This document shows, piece by piece, positions 57,533 through 64,000 of a stretch of 64,000 nt of DNA. The position numbers and the translations under genes are program-made. Source of the stretch: Macrostomum lignano (Eukaryota); assembly GCA_002269645.1 (NCBI GenBank), contig NIVC01000019.1, positions 868,001 through 932,000 of the forward strand, read 5' to 3'. Below the pieces are notes generated by a model that saw nothing but the letters and a program-made list of their open reading frames with translations, was not told the DNA's origin and did no database searches. Every line of letters starts with the position of its first letter. Within the stretch, counting starts at the first letter, position 1.

Positions 57533-60500
57533 TCACATCTTCCTGGAGGCGGTGGCGCCAACTCTGCGTTTCAATGGTGGCGTCACGTTTTCGTAGCCAT
57601 CTGGCGAGCTGCTCAGCACCGCCGCCGCCTCCGCCTCCTCCGATGCAGCTGCCGCCGCCTCCGCTGCCGCTGCGGCCGCTGCCACAATCAGCTCGGCTGA
57701 TGCGTCATCCGCTTCGCTGTCTGCGACCTTGGAGGGGGAATTAAATATACAGACAGTTAACATGATAAGCATAATCATTAAATACGACATAGTTGCAGAC
57801 AGTTGCCGACAATATGCTCGCACAGACGGCCTTCCATTTCTGCTTTTCATAAGGCACACCGGCAGACAAATATTGCACAGAACAGTTGCTACTGGCAGCA
57901 ACAGTCAATATAGTTATATAAGAAATATGCGTAGACAGACTACTTCAAGTAGCAAACGCAGCATAATTTTAACGGGTCGCCATTATAAACCCGAAATATC
58001 AGAATTCTGAAAAGCACCTTCTATCATTGTCTCGAAAAATCATGAACACGAAATTTCAAAAACCCGAAATATCACAAACCTGAAATATCACAAACCTGAA
58101 ATATCACAAACCCGAAATGTTACAAACCCGAAATATCACGAACCCAAAATATCACAAACCTGAAATATCACAAGCCCGAAATATCACAAACACAAATATC
58201 ACAAACCCGAAATATCACAAACCCGAAATAGCACAAGCCCAAAATATCACAAACCCGAAATATCACAAACCCGAAATATCACAAACCCGAAATATCACAA
58301 ACCCGAAATATCACAAACCCGAAATATCACAAACCCGAAATATCACAAGCCAGAAATATCACAAACCCGAAATATCACAAACCCGAAATATCACAAGCCA
58401 GAAATATCATAAGAGAGTTCAGTAACTCGCACTGCCCGACGAACTTGAAGTGCGCTACGCCAACGCAAATCCCAATAGTTGGAATTGCAAGCCCGGATCC
58501 CTATAGATCAGTATTTATCCCCAAAATAATTGCTCAGCCACTCTAGAGCAGTTGATGATCCCAGAGCTCTACTGGATTATTGCTTTTGCAGCTTCCGTTT
58601 CTGCTTCAAGCAATAGAAGATAATTGCCGTCTAAAAAAGTCAAAACGCTGTTGGTGCTGCGGTATCTGCCTGTTTTGGCGGTGGCGGGTTCGGTATGGGG
58701 AAGACAACCATGGATGGACCCTTCGAGATGAAGCTTTGAGGGAGGCTGGGTGATGGAACAGATCGATACAAGCAATTGTAGTGAGCTTGTGCCTTGTTAG
58801 CCCCAGTTTGTGCGCGCAATAGAGCGAAAGAGAGTGGAGGCTGAGCTGCAATGATGTAGCAGCTCGAGATGCAGAGGATTCTGCATGGATTGATATGAAG
58901 CAAGAACACACTGCTTCTGTTGCCAACTTCTGTTGCTTCTGTTGCTTCTGTTGCTTCTGTTGCTTCTGTTGCTTCTGTTGCTTCTGTTGCTTCTGTTGCT
59001 TCTGTTGCTTCTGTTGCTTCTGTTGCTTCTGTTGCTTCTGTTGCTTCTGTTGCTTCTGTTGCTTCTGTTGCTTCTGTTGCTTCTGTTGCTTCTGTTGCTT
59101 CTGTTGCTTCTGTTGCTTCTGTTGCTTCTGTTGCTTCTGTTGCTTCTGTTGTATTATTCTGCTTGTCCGAAAATCGGTGCAAAACTTTTTTCTGAACTCC
59201 ATAAAAACGATGCTCCGAATGAAGTGAAACAGTGGGAGCTCTCACTTCAGGAGCATTGGTGGCGGGGCGCCAGCATTGTGCGAATCATGTTGCAATCCAT
59301 TTTTTCTTATTAAATATCAGCACAGAACTTTATAGTCTCAATTTGAGGCACAGGCACCAAAGTCTGACAGCGCAATTAGCTCATTTTGGGCACTGGTAAA
59401 AGTACATGGCGCCCCTGGTGCTGGCGCCCCTAGGGCTAAAGCCCCTGTTGCTAAAGCCCCTGTTGCTAAAGCCCCTGTTGCTAAAGCCCCTGTTGCTAAA
59501 GCCCCTGTTGCTAAAGCCCCTGTTGCTAAAGCCCATGGTGCTAAAGCCCCTGGTGCTAAAGCCCCGGTTGCTAAAGCCCCTGGTGCTAAAGCCCCTGGTG
59601 CTAAAGCCCCTGTTGCTAAAGCCCCTGGTGCTAAAGCCCCTGTTGCTAAAGCCCATGGTGCTAAAGCCCCTGTTGCTAAAGCCCCTGTTGCTAAAGCCCC
59701 TGGTGCTAAAGCCCCTGGTGCTAAAGCCCCTGTTGCTAAAGCCCCTGGTGCTAAAGCCCCTGTTGCTAAAGCCCATGGTGCTAAAGCCCCTGGTGCTAAA
59801 GCCCCTGGTGCTAAAGCCCATGGTGCTAAAGCCCCTGTTGCTAAAGCCCCTGGTGCTAAAGCCCCTGTTGCTAAAGCCCCTGGTGCTAAAGCCCCTGGTG
59901 CTAAAGCCTCTGGTGCTAAAGCCCCTGGTGCTAAAGCCCCTGGTGCTAAAGCCCATGGTGCTGGCGCCCCTGGTGCTAAAGCCTCTGGTGCTAAAGCCCC
60001 TGGTGCTAAAGCCCCTGTTGCTAAAGCCCCTGTTGCTAAAGCCCCTGTTGCTAAAGCCCCTGTTGCTAAAGCCCCTGGTGCTAAAGCCCCTGTTGCTAAA
60101 GCCCCTGGTGCTAAAGCCCCTGTTGCTAAAGCCCATGGTGCTAAAGCCCCTGGTGCTAAAGCCCCTGTTGCTAAAGCCCCTGGTGCTAAAGCCCCTGTTG
60201 CTAAAGCCCATGGTGCTAAAGCCCCTGTTGCTAAAGCCCCTGTTGCTAAAGCCCCTGGTGCTAAAGCCCCTGGTGCTAAAGCCCCTGTTGCTAAAGCCCC
60301 TGGTGCTAAAGCCCCTGTTGCTAAAGCCCATGGTGCTAAAGCCCCTGTTGCTAAAGCCCCTGTTGCTAAAGCCCATGGTGCTAAAGCCCCTGTTGCTAAA
60401 GCCCCTGTTGCTAAAGCCCCTGGTGCTAAAGCCCCTGTTGCTAAAGCCCCTGGTGCTAAAGCCCCTGGTGCTAAAGCCCCTGTTGCATTCATTCAGCAAA

Positions 60501-63500
60501 AAAGTTTTTGATGGAAATTGAACTTTTTTGAGGCTATGGATAATACTTTGTAATTTAATAAAGCCTGCCGATATGTAGCGAGGAAAACTTTATAAAGCTA
60601 CAATACGGCACGAGCGAAAGAAGAGGACAGAGGCTGGTGGCTTTAATCCGATTTGCCAACCTCAATGTGGTGAATGGCGGTGAGCAGCAGGTGCCCGAAC
60701 TCGTTCGCCACCACCGACTTCCAGGCGTCGCGAAATGCGCTCAAGCAGGCCATGGCGACGCGCGATTCCGGGGCTAGAAGGTCGTGAGCTCGAGCCGCGA
60801 CTAGCAGCATGCTGCCCAGTGCCTGTAAGTGGTCGGGAATCAAATTGTGATGATGGGAGGAGGCAGAAAATGAATGAGCAGTTTAAAACTCAGATTAGGA
60901 ATTCAAAAGGATGAATATTTGGGATGGGATATTTGAGATATTTGAGATGGGATATTTGAGATGGGATATTTGAGATGGGATATTTGAGATGGGATATTTG
61001 AGATGGGATATTTGAGATGGAATATTTGAGATGGGATATTTTGAGATGGGATATTTAAGATGGGATATTTGAGATGAAATATTTGAGATGGGATATTTGA
61101 GATGGGATATTTGAGATGGGATATTTGAGATGGGATATTTGGGATGGGATATTTGAGATGGGATATTTGGGATGGGATATTTGAGATGGGATATTTGAGA
61201 TGGGATATTTGAGATAGGATATTTGAGATGGGATATTTGAGATGGGATATTTGAGATGAGATATGTTAGGATCAGACTGTAGAGGAGAGCCGTGACGGGC
61301 CAGCACCTGCAGGTGGTACTCCAGCCAGTCAGCGCCCGCAGTCCAGCAATCGTCTCCGGTCGGCAGTCGAGCCGCGACGCCGCTCGCCGCTACGCAGGCG
61401 CGCCAGGCGCTTTCCAGCCGGCGCCATCGATAATTGGCGCCAGTCGGCGGCGCGTCAGCAGCTTCAACAGCCTCGGCGATGAGGCCCGCCTGGCCGGCCA
61501 GCCGGAGACGCTCCTCAGCGCTCGGCGGCAGCTGCTGTCGGCGGAGTCGGCGCAGGCGGGACAGCACGCAGTCGGGCTGGGCGGCAGCGGACAGGCCGTC
61601 CAGGCAGTGTCGGGTGTGCGCGAAGGCCTCCTCGCGTAGGCGCTGGGCGCAGCGGCTCTCCGGATGCCGCAGGTGCAGCTTGCTGGCCGCCAGCAGCAGC
61701 GGCAGCGCCTTCTCCAGGCTGGACCGGGTGAGCGCCAGACGACAGCGGGCCGGCTCCGACCTCAGGTCGGCCTGGCGCTCACCGGACAGGCGGCCGAGCT
61801 GCACCAGGTGCTCGCCAAGGCTGGCAAAGGCCGGCATGAAGTCGGCGAATCTGATGGTATGCAACGTGGCGCAGTGATTAGATTTTGGTTGCAATGGTGT
61901 CCACAGCAGAACTTGTCTTAGGGGGGTGGGGTACCCGAGTGGTCCAGCGGTGCACTCTGATGTGCCAGCGGTCCAGGCTCGATTCCAAGTGCAGTCACTT
62001 TAATTTGAGGCTAAATTGGAAGCTCGGCTTGGCTCTGCTCGTACAATTGAAGTGTACATGCCTACCTAACGATAAAATAAAGTCAGGGCCGCTGTGCATT
62101 CCTGTGTGAGTGTGTGCCTGTGCGTATGACTGCGTACGTATCCGCGCGCTTGTGTGCCTGCTCAGGGGAGTCGGCGGAATGGGCAGTAATGTGACAATGT
62201 CGCTTAAATTAATAGAATCATAATAGAATCAGCTGACGTTCTATAGAGCAGGATGCTCAGAGATGAGCCGGTTCTCTAAAATCTCAAGTGCTCCAGAGAG
62301 CCTCCCTCCCCTGTACCTGGTGCAGTCCTCCAGGCACTCCAGGCAGCCCGTCGCTCGCTCCCCGCAGGCCAGCAGCTGCTGCAGGTTCAAACGGTCCGCA
62401 AGCGCCATCGTCCGCGTCATCGCCTCCACCAGACGACGCGCGGCGAGTCGAACCGCGTCGCCGTCCGTAGCGAACTTGGGCGACAGCACGGTGGTTGTCA
62501 TTGTCAGACGGGCCACGGCTCGACCGGCGGCGGCGGCGTCGCTACACGCAGCGTCGATGGCCTCGGCTAGTCGAGGAGGCGACTCGACGGCAACGCGCCG
62601 GCCGGCCGTGGCGAACTGGTCAGCGGCGCGGGCCACCCAGGCGCCGGTGTCGGCCAACAGCTGCGCTGTGGATTCGGCTGGCGGCGCCGAGGAAGAGCGC
62701 AGGCTGATCTCATCGTCACCGCCTGAGCGGCGCCTCCGGAACTTGAACAGGTTCTGCAGCTGCGGGTAGGTGAGTGTTGCTGTTGGTTGGTGTTGGTATT
62801 GGTGCCGAGGTTGCTAGTGCCGCGGGTGTTGGTGCACGGGGTGTTGGTGCATCGGGTGTTGGTGTATGGGGCTTTGTGTATGGGGTGTTGGTGTATGGGG
62901 TGTTGGTGTATGGGGTGTTGGTGTATGGGGTGTTGGTGTATGGGGTGTTGGTGTATGGGGTGTTGGTGTATGGGGTGTTGGTGTATGGGGTGTTGTTGCA
63001 TCGGGTGTTGATGTATGGGGTGTTGGTGTATGGGGTGTTGGTGTATGGGGTGTTGGTGTATGGGGCTTTGTGCATGGAGTGTTGGTGCACGGGGTGTTGG
63101 TGTATTGGGTGTTGGTGTATGGGGTGTTGGTGTATGGGGTGTTGTTGCATCGGGTGTTGATGTATGGGGTGTTGGTGTATGGGGTGTTGGTGTATGGGGC
63201 GTTGGTGTATGGGTGTTGGTGCACGGGGTGTTGGTGTATTGGGTGTTGGTGTATGGGTGTTGGTGCACGGGGTGTTGGTGTATTGGGTGTTGGTGTATGG
63301 GGTGTTGGTGTATGGGGTGTTGGTGTATGGGGTGTTGTTGCATCGGGTGTTGATGTATGGGGTGTTGGTGTATGGGGTGTTGGTGTATGGGGCGTTGGTG
63401 TATGGGTGTTGGTGCACGGGGTGTTGGTGTATGGGGTGTTGGTGTATGGGGTGTTGCTGCATCGGGTGTTGATGTATGGGGTGTTGGTGCCGGGGCTGTT

Positions 63501-63836
63501 GTTGTATGGGGTGTTGGTGAATGGGTGTTGATTCATGGCGTGTTGGTGCCGGGTGTGCGGGGTGTTGGTGCCCACATTTAATTATATCACAACTATTTTG
63601 TTTCAATAAAACTTAAACTTAAAACTGTTTCAATGAACCGGAATTTCTCTCACATGCTTGACCAAGGGAAGCAACGCATTTTCTACCGATTTAGTCTCTG
63701 TGGTGGCCAGCAGATAAGAGATTTCATCAAGGCTGGCAGTGCTGCCAGTCGAACTTTCGGCCGGAAACTCGGATTGAATTTCTATTTTAGTTTGTATAGA
63801 TCTACTAGGCGCTCTATTTGGAGAGTAATAGCTCAT
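57533..63836 (-). CDS. CTNNAL1: Alpha-catulin/alpha-catenin (vinculin family)-like protein; 5' exons well supported, 3' part uncertain
   Basis: Exons 63836-63654 (ETKSVENALLPLVKH), 62759-62317, 61850-61307 (FADFMPAFASLGEHLVQLGRLSGERQADL...LEKALPLLLAASKLHLRHP) and 60822-60661. Exon(s) within 58400-59330 are unresolved. Probable last exon 57727-57533. The N-terminal motifs match the alpha-catulin N-domain as I recall it. Confidence 0.7.
58062..58410. repeat. Minisatellite, 16-bp unit ACAAACCCGAAATATC
   Basis: ~21 copies. Confidence 0.93.
58915..59150. repeat. 9-bp repeat (TTCTGTTGC)n
   Basis: ~26 near-perfect copies. Confidence 0.96.
59345..60486 (+). mobile_element. Putative short interspersed element, copy 2: same head plus a ~1.05-kb tail of the 15-bp unit GCTAAAGCCCCTG(G/T)T
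   Basis: Head nearly identical to copy 1 (~3 substitutions). It lies in a catulin-like intron; no flanking duplication is visible. Confidence 0.6.
60915..61262. repeat. Intronic minisatellite, 14-bp unit GAGATGGGATATTT
   Basis: ~24 copies. Confidence 0.95.
62815..63570. repeat. Intronic minisatellite, 15-bp unit GGTGTATGGGGTGTT
   Basis: ~50 copies in catulin-like intron 1. Confidence 0.95.
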
Positions 63837-64000
63837 TGCGCTTCTCCTAGGCGATTTAAAATGCAGGTTCAAAGCAGAACAGAGACTATATCTTTGCATC
63901 CGATATTTTCCGGATTTCGATTTCACGCTTTTTGACTTTTAAACTAGTGCTAAAAATCGACTAGAAGTAAAACAAAATAAAAAAACGACTGTTTGTATTT

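Noticed and set aside
13502-63606. Long repetitive ORFs in the track (e.g. 13502-14509, 16984-18075, 26050-27261, 33563-34705, 43043-44382, 56697-57500, 59338-60521, 62567-63606) as collagen-, mucin- or antifreeze-like proteins
   Set aside because: They are translations of tandem arrays open in several frames and strands at once. They lie in introns defined by in-phase flanking exons or in intergenic DNA.

Overview
Intron-rich animal genomic DNA, not prokaryotic. GC-rich, Ala/Gln-rich exons sit between short AT-rich introns or 0.4-3.4 kb introns filled with tandem repeats. This style is reminiscent of the flatworm Macrostomum, which is an inference I cannot verify. Seven protein-coding genes were reconstructed by hand from GT-AG junctions and reading phase: (1) an intronless PhnZ-type HD-domain phosphonate dioxygenase (+, 732-1391); (2) a ~21-exon ANKRD26-like ankyrin/coiled-coil gene (-, 4054-18878); (3) a 2-exon MAIP1-like mitochondrial protein (+, 24008-25828); (4) a 13-exon SLC9A Na+/H+ exchanger (+, 28216-41518); (5) an NRF-6-family acyltransferase-3 gene (-, 44645-54210); (6) an intronless EF-hand gene nested in intron 6 of gene 5 on the same strand (-, 48317-48880); (7) an alpha-catulin/alpha-catenin-like gene (-, ~57533-63836). 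Mobile DNA: two adjacent non-autonomous Merlin (IS1595/ISXO2-like) elements with TIRs and 8-bp TSDs, a decayed LINE RNase H remnant, and two copies of a short element whose conserved head runs into a minisatellite. The dominant signal is about 40 distinct micro/minisatellite arrays (units 3-84 bp; ~40% of the window by hand tally). They fill nearly every large intron and several intergenic gaps. Most long ORFs in the supplied track are artefacts of these arrays. Repeat boundaries are approximate (about +/-20 bp).
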